Below are positions 1 through 10,561 of a stretch of DNA of 64,000 bases, one piece after another; position 1 is the first letter of the stretch; each line of letters starts with the position of its first letter. Position numbers and translations under genes: made by a program. The stretch spans positions 248,001-312,000 of the forward strand of contig JBLDXI010000002.1 in assembly GCA_047495785.1 (NCBI GenBank), in the 5' to 3' direction. The notes under the pieces were generated by a model, which saw only the letters and a program-made list of their open reading frames with translations, did not search any database and was not told the origin of the DNA. This stretch comes from Lepidodermella squamata (lineage: Eukaryota > Animalia > Gastrotricha).

Positions 1-354
1 AAGCCGCGACTCTGTGATCCATCCGCACAACGTCGGTGGGTTAAATCTCAAAAGCATGGAACGTTTCGGCGCATAATGGCGGCAATGAACTGAAGAATGG
101 ATCATCTGAATAATGGCTAAAAATACTCAATAATAAACCGAATTGGCGATAATAATTCACTCAAAATTCAGTCAGAAGAGATCAACACATACACGGGCAT
201 TAATTTATCATCTAATTACGCGTAAGACCGCTAAATAAGTACGAAGGCCCGCGAATTAGGGTGAAACGCGAATTAGGCTGGAATTTGGCCCTACTAGAAA
301 AGGTTGTTTCCGCATGCCATCCGCAAGTTCGTATTGATTTAACTTTGATCTTAG

Positions 355-725
355 GAATTGCTAGTGAATCCTGTTCCTAGTGGGGAAAGGAGAGCTCAGC
401 TATCAGCGGAAATCGGATGTCTGCGATACTGCATTGATGGTTGGCTGAAACAAAGGCGTTGTTAGAAATCAAATCGACTCCTCAGAGAATAAAAACCTGG
501 TTCAACCGCAGACGCAATGCATGCCTAAATGGCAAGTCGATAAACGATTCCTATTATTTCACCGGAGTTCAGATATCGGCACTAAAGGACGAAATTCGCA
601 AGTTTCGGTTTCTTTCAAAACAAGAGTATCAGGACTTGGCTGAGAGGATCGGTTGCACTGACTGGAAGAAAGTTCGATAATGGTTCTGATCTACTCGTCT
701 TAGGCATACTTCGCCGGAAAAGTGA
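355..725 (+). pseudogene. Divergent double-homeobox gene, 3' part; second homeodomain disrupted by stop codons
   Basis: After an AG at ~354 the sequence reads ELLVNPVPSGERRAQLSAEIG (helix 2-like), then QRIKTWFNRRRN (helix 3). A second homeodomain reads YFTGVQISALKDEIRKFRFLSKQEYQDLAERIGCTDWKKVR*WF*STR, with TAA 678-680 and TGA 687-689 in helix 3. AATAAA at 768-773. Confidence 0.7.
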
Positions 726-803
726 CTTTATTTGCAAAATAGCAACATCTCTAGCATTGTTTTTCATAATAAAATCATGAATTAGTCACCCCTGGGACCA
801 CTT

Positions 804-1787
804 ATGGCGAACGCCTTCATGTGCATGCTGGAGGAGCGACTAGCCAAGGATGGCCAACTACCCAAATACTATCGAAGATTTGTGGATGACACACTCACCA
901 TCATGCCGGGCCTAGCGGCGGCTAATGAATTCCTGGGTGTTCTCAATGGTTTGCATCCGTCGGTAGATTTCACGATGGAAATTGAAGACAACAACCAGAT
1001 CGCGTTTTGCGGGGCCGTCATCAAATCAACGAAAAGGGTACTGGAAACGGAGGTCTACCACAAGCCAACCGACACGGGCCTTCTGCTTCACTTCAAGAGC
1101 CATGTGGAGGGCAGATACAAAAAGTCTCTGGTCAAAACGATGTTATACAGAGCATACCATTTGAGTAGCAACTGGGACGCCTTCCACAGGGAAGTGCAAA
1201 ACCTCCGCAATACCTTTATAAAGCTTGAGTATCCGCCTAATCTTTTTGAGCAGATCTTGGCTACTTTTCTCGATCGAATAGTCGCGTCCGGCATTCAGAC
1301 AGACAGGTCGCAGTCCGAGCCAGTGCGATTCATCGTACCCTTCAAGGACGAGAAGTGCGCGCGCCAACTCAAGTCCAGATTGAATGAGCTCGCCGGGAAG
1401 CTGCTTGTACCAATCCAGGCTGTTTTCACCAGCCGGAAGATCGCGGAAAATTTTGGGGCCAAGGAACCGAAGCCAGACCTGTTCAACCGCCAGTGCGTTG
1501 TCCACCAGTTCAAATGTGGCCAGTGTGACGCTGGCTATATCGGAATGACGGAGAAGCACCTTCACCAGCGCGTTGAACAACATTGGCTACAGTCCAGCTC
1601 GATAGGGAAACATTTGCGCTCGCATGAATTGCCTGATGGCTTCAACCTGCACGCGTGTTTCACGGTGTTACGCAAATGCAGAAACAGATGGGACTGCTTA
1701 TTGCACGAAAGCTTGTTGATAAAGAAAATCAAACTAGCAATGAGCCTAAACGTGCAAACAGATTCTATCAAATTGAAGCTATTTTAG
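804..1787 (+). CDS. Penelope-like element ORF remnant (RT palm/thumb + GIY-YIG), open but lacking its N-terminus
   Basis: 327-aa uninterrupted ORF with an FVDD catalytic motif and a GIY-YIG region. Confidence 0.85.
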   Translation: MANAFMCMLEERLAKDGQLPKYYRRFVDDTLTIMPGLAAANEFLGVLNGLHPSVDFTMEIEDNNQIAFCGAVIKSTKRVLETEVYHKPTDTGLLLHFKSHVEGRYKKSLVKTMLYRAYHLSSNWDAFHREVQNLRNTFIKLEYPPNLFEQILATFLDRIVASGIQTDRSQSEPVRFIVPFKDEKCARQLKSRLNELAGKLLVPIQAVFTSRKIAENFGAKEPKPDLFNRQCVVHQFKCGQCDAGYIGMTEKHLHQRVEQHWLQSSSIGKHLRSHELPDGFNLHACFTVLRKCRNRWDCLLHESLLIKKIKLAMSLNVQTDSIKLKLF

Positions 1788-1867
1788 TGCTCTTCATACT
1801 TTTTTGTTGTGGACTTTCTTTGTTGTGATTTCCCTTTACCTTGTTCTTTATCTTGTTTTGCTTTCTA

Positions 1868-1903
1868 GTCTGATGATGGCTCACGAAAGAGCCGAAACGT
1901 CAC
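1868..1903 (+). ncRNA. Minimal type I hammerhead ribozyme in the Penelope-like element 3' region
   Basis: CTGATGA (1870-1876), T, stem II GGCTC/GAGCC with ACGAAA loop (1878-1893), GAAA (1894-1897), palindromic ACGT mini-stem III, and GTC cleavage triplet ending at 1901. Confidence 0.85.
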
Positions 1904-2590
1904 GTTTAAATAAAGTGAATAAGAGTTCTCTGCCAATGCGCTTTCTCTTCATGAATTAGTCATGCAAGGTTCAGAGATTCCATTCATGGGCGAGTGATGT
2001 TGTATCGACGCAAGAATCATTGCATTCAGTATCGCATGTGAAGAAATACAAACCTCCAGATTCCAGATTCGCGTTTTAAAATATTCCGAGCACAGAGCTG
2101 CGAACCTCGAACAGCTCGGTTCTGTCAATAGCATTGATTATTTATTAATTGGTTTATTTATTAAAACTCTTCGAATAAAACGTAACTTCATTCAATCGAA
2201 CATCGTCGCCTGAAGTGTGGTTTCCATGTCTATTAAATATTCGGATAAAATACATGCTTGTCCTCTTTAGCTTCAAGATGACTGATAAGAAGGAAATAAA
2301 ACATAAACCAACCACAAAATCGTGTAATATGAGGGATGCCTATATTGGTCACAAATAAACGAATGATCATCTTGTCACATCAATAAATTCTTCAAGAGAG
2401 CGAAGTGGGATAGCAGAACTTGTAAGGATAAGGAAAATCGAGAGAAGGGTCCCCCTTCGGTCATGGCTGTGCGGACTGATGGAATAGGTATGATCCCTAC
2501 TCCCTACCATCTTAGCGGTACTTCGCTCTCTCTTCATCAATAGTTCTTAATTCCGAAAGTTGATTATATCGTTTATTTTCCCTCTGTATT

Positions 2591-5500
2591 TCACAGCTCG
2601 TCATCGATTGCATTGCAGTCGCGCCTCTGAGTTCCATCTGGACAATCGCACAACATGGACACGCACCGCTTGGCCATCTTGCAGTCACATATAGCAAGCG
2701 AAAAGAAGGAAATCAGATAATACTTCTCGGCCAATTGCATAGTCATACGCATCGAACAGTCTGGCCCCGTTCTCCACTTGTCAAAACAGGAGCAGACATT
2801 CGGTGAGCTGCACCAGCCGTTTCTAGGGCAAGTTATCGACCCACAGGCCTCTGAGAGGATTTTGAAGCTTATTTTATACAGACTTCAGATATAATGTATC
2901 GAAATGTAAGGCCTACGTTTATCGCAGAACTGCCCAGTCCAGCCGATGTTGCAAGCACATTTATTTGAGCCAATACAAGTTCCCCGCTTGCATTCAGGAA
3001 TACACCTCGGCGTCACTAGTGCACCCTGAGCAGCAAGTGCACGTTTTTTGCGAAATACTGCGAAGTTCCAGTGGGAATTGCAGGAAACTGCCAGAAAACG
3101 CCGTTTACTGTCATTTTTCATCTTTTTTCGAAACTTACTGCAGTTTTTGGAAAAAACTTGAAGTTAAAGCTGGAAACCAGTCACTTCGCGAAATTGGCAC
3201 AGTTTTTTTCATGAAACTTGGGAAATTCGGCGTTTTGCCACCCGAGACCCGAAGTTAACTGCCAGGTGAAAATATTTCTTCGTCGCCGTTGAAAAAACTT
3301 ACGATTTTCCGTTATTTTCACTGCGAAGTGAGAAGTAGTGAACGAAAGTGAACGAAATTCGATGCCTCGACCTCTAGTTATTTCGCGGAAAATTCCCTGG
3401 CTCGAAGAACTGCCTTCTACCTTTCCGGATCAAAGTGTTTTTATTTATCATACAATTTCTCGTTTTTCCCGATTTTTCCTAATTTTTCCTAATTATTTAC
3501 CTGGATCCTGAAAATAACCGAATTTTTATCGTTTTCAGCCTGAACCATCAAGAATATAAGAATGCCAGTAAAATTCGATAATTTATTCGTAAAATTCGTA
3601 AAAGCCAAATTTGTAATGACTGAAAATTGTCGTTCTAAATAAAAGCTGAAATAGGGCAAAATCATTGTTATTATGGCGCTCGATTGTTGTGCACACAAGC
3701 CTCGGGGTGTTGCGTAATCACGCCATGCTTCAAAAATGTGGCTTTTTGGTTCATTCAAATCATCTTATTTTTGTTTTTAATTCCAAAACATCAATGACCT
3801 ATTTAGTAAGAATTTTTCGTCCGGCCTCAATTTCGCATTTTGATCTTCATCAATCCCCGCCGCCTTGCTACCAGGTGTGTCGATCATGCAATTTGGACAA
3901 GTCAGATATTTATCGAATTTTCAAGGTAATTTTGAAATTAATTCCATTTTCTTTAATTTACCCGCAATTGTTGAAGGTTTGTCCCGCTAATCGACTCTGC
4001 TGCCAAACCAGTCTTAACCAGTCGGTCAACAATTCGTAACGGTATCGATGAAAAATTGACAGGTAGGTATTTTCGTGTTTAATTAATTTCAATTATTAAT
4101 TGTTATTTATTTCCATAGTTTCTTCGGGCCTGTCGCAGTGGCGCAGTGGTCACAGTCAAAGCAGCTATTCGAGCATGGCGTCTCGTGAAACAGCATCCAC
4201 AATTAACTTGACAATTTTTCATTTTTGCAATTGATTCATTTTTGATGAATAAAATGAAACTGGCATCAAAGGATTTCCGTTTTAAACTGTCTTTTTTGAA
4301 GCAGTGCAAGCCACGTTTTTTCAGTAATAAAAGTAAAAACTGCCCGAAGTGAAAGTTCTATTGGCGACGAGCAAGTGACTGCGCAATAATATAGAAACCA
4401 TTTCTCACATCGAAACTCTCACCGCGGTTCCGCTGGCCCAGCTCCGCAAAAACTACACTTTCAACAGAATACTGTCCTCAGACAAACTCTCGCTAATTTG
4501 CATATTTAGTTTTTTTTATTTAGGCAGTTAAAAGGCCCGAAATTGTCGCTCAGGGCAATCAAAAACCAAAAACCTTTACTAAGCACCGAACAATGGACTC
4601 ATAACTCACGGAATTGATAGAGTCTAGCGTCGACCAAGGCGAGAGTGCCGTATGCGCCGACATTTCCGATGAAAAATCCGAGAACTGGCGGCTGCATTTT
4701 TGGATCGTTTATTGGTAGAAATGGGGCAATTTTGTAGTCGCGAAAAACGTCTCGGCACCCATAGATGTTGCAAATATCAAGCGACAACGTGTCGCCGTTC
4801 CTTACAACAAGGCCAACATGGGCGCGACCCGATATCCATGACCTATCTAGGGGGAATGCTGGCTGAGCATCTCCTGGTAGAATTAGTGTTGTAGAACACC
4901 TATAACTGATAGATAGATAAGATTTACGCTCAAGATTTGCAACAATAGATGTTTGCGAAGAAAATATGTATATGGCGCCGAGATACGGGCTAAAACGAAT
5001 CATCAACCCGGCGAACTTGCTGGTGTCAACAACATAGTAATCCGTTGGATTAATTTTGATCGAAGAATTTGATAGGATAAATACGCCGTAATGATCAATG
5101 TTTTTGCCAGTCACATCCGTTTGTGTGGTAAAATTGACAGAGAAGTCAGTTAGCGCCATCATCTTAGCGTGAAAGGTGAAGCTCATTATTACGGCTGAAT
5201 TTATGATGGGCGGCATACCTTTCGACTCGTAAATGTTGTGTATGTATAGGGGCCCACTGCCAAATTGATGAAATTATCCGGTGATAGAACGGTCAAACCT
5301 ACGCTGCAGCTGTGCTTCCAGTTTTGAGCTGAAGAAAACATTAATAGGATAGCATTTTGCCGTTCGAAAATTTGCTCACTGTAATTTCCGTCATTCAAGT
5401 AAGAAACTTGCGGCGAAAAAATTTGCGGATCCATTGAAGGCGAGATGACTAAAGGTGGAGCAATGATTCAATTAAGCGATCACATGTATTTTCAGAATTA

Positions 5501-5865
5501 CCTAGTGAGCAGTCCTGACCAGTGAAACGTTTTATACAAGAGCAAACATTTGGCGCAGTGCAGACCCCGCCTCGAGCGTTACAAGGCGGGCTGCATATAG
5601 CTGAAAAAACGAAACACGCAAACGTTTGGTCGGAGGAAGCATGTATCTAAGCATACCACTAGCGCAGCCCGATCCTGTCCAGCCGGAAGTACAGGTGCAG
5701 ACATTAGTGGCTGTGCATGAACCGCCGTTCCCACAAGCTGGACTGCAAGCTATAAAAATACATGCACATTGAGATTGCAAAATCTTAATTTCGAGCTTAT
5801 CAACTTGGAGCTTGTGCGACAGCAAAAGCAAATAACCCTTGAAACACCACAAGGAATAGCATCAT
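2591..5865 (-). CDS. Secreted EGF-repeat protein, paralog A (signal peptide, 2 EGF, ~270-aa unknown beta-rich domain, 3 EGF-like); multi-exon
   Basis: Signal exon MMLFLVVFQGLFAFAVAQ (ATG 5865). EGF exons CSPACGNGGSCTATNVCTCTSGWTGSGC, CIPECKRGTCIGSNKCACNIGWTGQFCD and ACGSITCPRNGWCSSPNVCSC. Last exon ends ...RRDCNAIDDEL* (TGA 2591-2593). Collinear with paralog B. Confidence 0.8.
3024..4555. mobile_element. Non-autonomous DNA transposon with CCC termini and 2-bp TSD (CACTA/EnSpm-like) in an intron of EGF paralog A
   Basis: Left end CCCTGAGCAGCAA; right end reverse-complements to CCCTGAGCGACAA. CA flanks both sides (3022-3023, 4556-4557). The 1.5-kb segment is absent from the equivalent short intron of paralog B. 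Confidence 0.7.
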
Positions 5866-6026
5866 TAATACTGTCTTATTTTTATTGAATATGTTTCGCT
5901 GCTGTTGGATAAGTGTTGAATCCGGCTTCCGTCTCTTTTGTCTTTTGATTGACATCCCGCCCCAGCTAATTAACTATGATCGCAAGGTAATCGGAAAGCA
6001 GACATTCCCTCAATACTTTTTCATTT

Positions 6027-6068
6027 TTCTGTATCGAATATCGCGGCTAGTTCCTCAAACGTCGATAA
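6027..6068. promoter_or_regulatory. Conserved upstream block of the EGF paralogs (further copies at 9107-9148 and, partially, 9301-9326)
   Basis: TTCTGTATCGAA-N6-GGCT(A/G)G..(C/T)C.(C/T)AAACGTCGATAA is retained ~145-200 nt upstream of both ATGs while the flanks have diverged. Confidence 0.45.
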
Positions 6069-6815
6069 GGAGATTTTTATTTGGTATATGTAACTAGGCA
6101 GAGGGAAAACTCGTTTTCTTATTTCGTTCAATCAATACAGCCAGACGGGAGAATCCAGGCTGTTCAAGCGTCGATCAAAGACAACGAAAACAAGTTCTGC
6201 GTCGATATAATAAACAAGTTTCTATTATTGTGGATAAACATGGCTTGAAAAAGAGTGTACATTTCAATGGCATTCTACAGAAAACGAATCCGATTTTTCA
6301 GCGTGAGTAAGTGTAGGCTTCGAGTTTCTTCAATGCTTCATGAATTAAAGGAATAGCAGCATTTCTCGTCAAAGAGATCGCACATACTCATTCCGTCTAT
6401 TAGGAAGGAAATTGGTTTCAGATCCACCTGGCGGAAATTTCCATAGAAATGGACCGTTAAAAAGCGAAAAGTGGGGTTTGGAGTATTTTATGTATTTTTC
6501 ATTATCTGGCAAATGGCAAAAAGTATGTTGACTTTAACAGGGGCTAATCTTGGGTTTCAAGACTTTCATACTTATTTGCTCTTGAGGATTTCGAATTTGC
6601 GAAATTCTGACCTCTTAGAGGCTCCCGTCCATATTTTCTAAGCAATGGTGATGACTATCAACCTCTTCTTCTCCGTTCTACTCCTCATTCATTGATCTTG
6701 AAAGCGGCATCAAAATCTCACGGTTCGCCAACAACCCCACGTTTCACTTTTCATTTATTTAATGCCTCATATATTGGAAATATTTGTAATTGTCTTTCAT
6801 TGTAGGGAAAACTAG

Positions 6816-8963
6816 TCAGTCATCCGTGGCATTGCAATCGCGTCGCTGTGAACCATCAGGGCAATTGCACAGCATCGCAGCACATCTTTTGGCAACTTTA
6901 CAGTCACAAATTGCTAGCAACAAGACGAGATGAATTAAATAATTTCATTTGAATATAGATTTAGCATGCCTACCTTGCTGACACTCTGAACCCGTTTTCC
7001 ATTTGTCGAAGCATGTGCAGGTGTTCGGGGCCGTGCAGTATGCTGATCGAGAGCAAATCATTGATCCGCAAACTTCTGCGGAAAAAATGCATTCTATACA
7101 CTTCGGAAACGACTTGAGCACGGATTTTCTATTTCGAAGTAATTTCAAAATTGCAAAACTCGGCTATTCCCAGCTTAGCTGATCCTTGCCTTAACAGGAA
7201 GGTTAAGTTTGGCTAAATGGAAACAATATTGTCTTTCTTAATTTTGGTTTAGTCCTGTGCGTCCCAATTAAACTTCTGAGATTTACTCCCGACAGACCTC
7301 ATCGCTTCGGGTCCAACGAACCCAGTTTCATGTGGTCGCTTGATAATCTTACTAAAATTCTAAAACCTTTTCAGAAAAGGGCTAGTCAAAAAGGAAACTG
7401 CCAGAGAAAGACGGCATGGTTTAATTTGAGGAAACTCTAAACAATGAATAAAAATTACGTCGGTCGCAAAACTGCCCAGTCCAGCCGGTAATACACGCGC
7501 ATTTATTAGTTCCGGCACAGGTTCCACGTTTGCATTCCTTGGTACAAGTTGGCTTAACTGTAGCGCTAAATGTATGATAGAGCGTTTCAAGAATGAAAGC
7601 AAGCTCACAAAGTTGATAGAATCTAGCTTCGACGATAGCTACAGCGCCATTTCCCGCCCCATTTCCGACGTAAAATCCAAGAACAGGAGGTTGCATAGTT
7701 GGGTCCATTATTGGGAGGAAAGGCGCAACTTTGTAGTCGCGAAAAATGATCCGACATTCACTGCTGTAGCAAATGTCCATTGATACAGTGTCACCGTTTC
7801 TCACAACGAGGCCAACATGGCTTCTGCCCGAAATCCACGCAGTGTTGAGACCAAATCTTGGCTGTGCGCCACCTTAATATAAAGCAGATATATTTGAATA
7901 TTTACCAAGCCTTGTTAAGCTACCAGAAATATTTGAAACTGTTGAGTTTTGCGATGAAATTATGTAAACGTAGCCAAAATCGACGCTGATGCGAATTTGC
8001 AACCCGGCAAAGTTGCCCCAGTTTACGACGTTCGCATCAGTTGGAGTTGGTTTGACGGACGAATTCGACAAAATAAATACGCCATAATGATTGATGGTCT
8101 TTGAGGCCAAATCAGTATGCGTGGTAAAATTGACTGAAAAGTCCGTTAGTGGCATTGGCTGTGAATGAAAATTCGAGATGTAGATTAAGAAAAGACCACA
8201 AATAACCTTTTTGCTCGTCAGGGTTGTAAAAGTGTTGCTGGTTTTTGCCAGGTGTACAAAATTGTCACTGGAAACAATTGGCGCTGGAGTATTTCCAGAA
8301 CTGCTATATTTCCAGTTTTGGGCTGTGAAGACAGGGAAACAATAATCATATCAGTAAAATGTTTAGAACTGATTTTAATCTACCCCAAAAAACAGTCGAA
8401 TAACAAAAGAGATGAGGAATTTCACAAAAAAGCCTTAAATAACTGTTGTACTGAATCGTTGCTCACCGTAGTTGCCGTCATTCAAGTAGGAATATTCCGG
8501 CGAAAACATTTGCTGATCCATTATTGGAGAAATTACTGTAATTCGGACGTTATTAAAACGCTCAATTTGTTATATATTGTTGGCTATAAATCCAAACCCT
8601 GCGAACAGTCAAAACCGGTGAAACGCGCAAGGCACGTGCAAACATTGGGCGCTGCGCAGACCCCACCTCTCGGATTGCAAGGAGAGCTGCAAATTCCTTT
8701 AAAAAGCAAAAATCAGAATGAATCTTCATTTTTTTCAAAATGCCCTTTAGCTTTCACCTGTTGTGCAATCTGAACCTGTCCAACCAGCAGCGCAAGTGCA
8801 GATATTAGTCCCTGTGCAAGCTCCGCCATTGGCACAAGTTTGTGTACAACCTATAAACATACAAATTGATAGCAAAATTTCAACATTTCCAGTTGTATCT
8901 ACTCTGAGCCGATGTTGCAGCGAATGCAGCCAAGAGCGCTGGGAAACCCAGACTAATTATCAT
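6816..8963 (-). CDS. Secreted EGF-repeat protein, paralog B; multi-exon
   Basis: Signal exon MIISLGFPALLAAFAATSAQ (ATG 8963). EGF exons CTQTCANGGAC..., CTKECKRGTCAGTNKCAC... and EVCGSMICSRSAYCTAPNTCTC. Shared block LTDFSVNFTT...HYGVFILSNSS and RDYKVAPFLP...QPPVLGF. Ends RRDCNATDD*. Confidence 0.8.
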
Positions 8964-10561
8964 CGTGAATTGAAAATTTTGGAGCTCTATTGGAAATTAA
9001 TGTTTGGGGATGATCCCAGCTCCAGTCTTGATTGACGCTTAACCCTTGTTATTCATTTATGATAGTAATGTCACTGCGCCGTCACTGGCTCATTTCGCAG
9101 AATTTCTTCTGTATCGAACGCCCTGGCTGGCTTCTTAAACGTCGATAATTTTCCCAGTGCTCATGTGTGACGCGACTACACTCGTACTTGGAAAATATGC
9201 TTTATTTGCTGCTTCAATCGCGATTGGTGCGAATCTCCAGCTCATTATTTATTTTATCCTAATTTGATTAAACAATACGGCATGGCGTTTGCGAAAAGCT
9301 TGGCTAGTTCCTTGAACGCCAATAATTTAGTCGATCTTTAGAAGAATCACGCGACCAATTACTGGGAGGCCTTTGCTTGATTTTTATTAGGAAATAATCA
9401 ACCATGCGAGAACAGGAATCCTATAATTTTGCTTCAGATATAACCTCGATATCATTTCAAGGCTATGAATCTTTAGCAGTCTTGAGAGCCGAAATCGATT
9501 TTCTACCTTTGAACCTTTGATTCGCAGAAGCCGTATTTTCGTTTCGGAGAAATAGATAATAAACTTCTACGCATCCTATATCATAACGCGTATAACATCA
9601 TCGGGCATACTATCGACCCGCAGATCTCTGGGGATAGATGCAAAGGGGAATTTTAGCAAGAACGATTGCTTAACAATTGCAGCTACTATATGAAAATTCT
9701 TGAGAATGAAGCGACTTGGCCACAAAAATGAAAATAAAAAATGGCACTTTAATCGCCGAATCGAAGCAGGACTTTATTGATTAGTAACTTTAAATTCACG
9801 TGGTTAATCATCAGTTTGAGCGTTTGAACGTGGACTTCAGTTGAAGGTTCTAAAACACCATGTCTCCGCAGAATGTCACCATGTCACGGATCTTCATGAG
9901 TGTCGAGTCTGGGTTCTGGGTCCCACTACTGACACTGCGTTTATGCTTTTAGGTTTTCAAGATGGCGTGTTCTTATTTATCGATTCGTGATTAGCGCCAA
10001 TGTGGGACTTTCAGGGGGATGGAGGAGATCATCCCCCAGCTCGGCCGGGCCAGACAACAACATGAGAATTTTTCCCACTGTTTCGTTAATTTTGAGAGGT
10101 TTTGGAGCTTGTTTTAGCGGAAAATCTTCAAAACGTTCACGCTTCGCTCGCTTTTTAGTTGAAATTATTAGTCACTTTGGCAAAAACAGCAGAAAAAGTA
10201 TTTCCATCCCTGGCAGCTCCAGGATCCAAGATCGAACCCCGATTGGCGCTGACGAATCAAAGGCATTGATGATCGCCATTTTCTTGTGATTTTCGTCTTT
10301 CACGATTACTGGCATTCAGCTTTTACTTAGCACAATTCGAACAGCGACATAACCCGAGTTTTCAAAACCGACTGAATTTATAGGGTTTCGGGTGTTGTCG
10401 CTGAATCGATGCTGTTCATCCAGGCAATCCTTTCGCTTTTCGTATTGACTGTGATCAATCAATATTCCATTCATAATTTTCTCACACGTGTTCAGGTTTT
10501 AATGCGCATTTTTTATACCAATTTTTCTCACGATGCTCACAAATTAGCTTCCCGTTTCAAA

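Larger units (their letters stand above)
786..1948 (+). mobile_element. 5'-truncated Penelope-like retroelement (RT C-terminal part + GIY-YIG endonuclease)
   Basis: Begins mid-RT at SPLGPLMANAFM, then YYRRFVDD, VYHKPTDTGLLLHFKSH and GIY-YIG-type CVVHQFKCGQCDAGYIGMT. T-rich 3' UTR with a hammerhead core. Flanked by the direct repeat TCATGAATTAGTCA (775-788 and 1949-1962). Confidence 0.95.

Noticed and set aside
1-300. Possible MITE (CTAATTACGCG versus CGCGAATTAG inverted/direct repeats)
   Set aside because: Termini and TSD could not be defined; the element may extend beyond the window.
678-689. Alternative genetic code or stop readthrough in the homeobox
   Set aside because: Other genes in the window end normally at TAA or TGA; simple pseudogenisation is more parsimonious.
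2965-4309. Short ORFs inside the 1.5-kb insertion as a transposase
   Set aside because: No recognisable DDE or DNA-binding motifs; AT-rich non-coding appearance.
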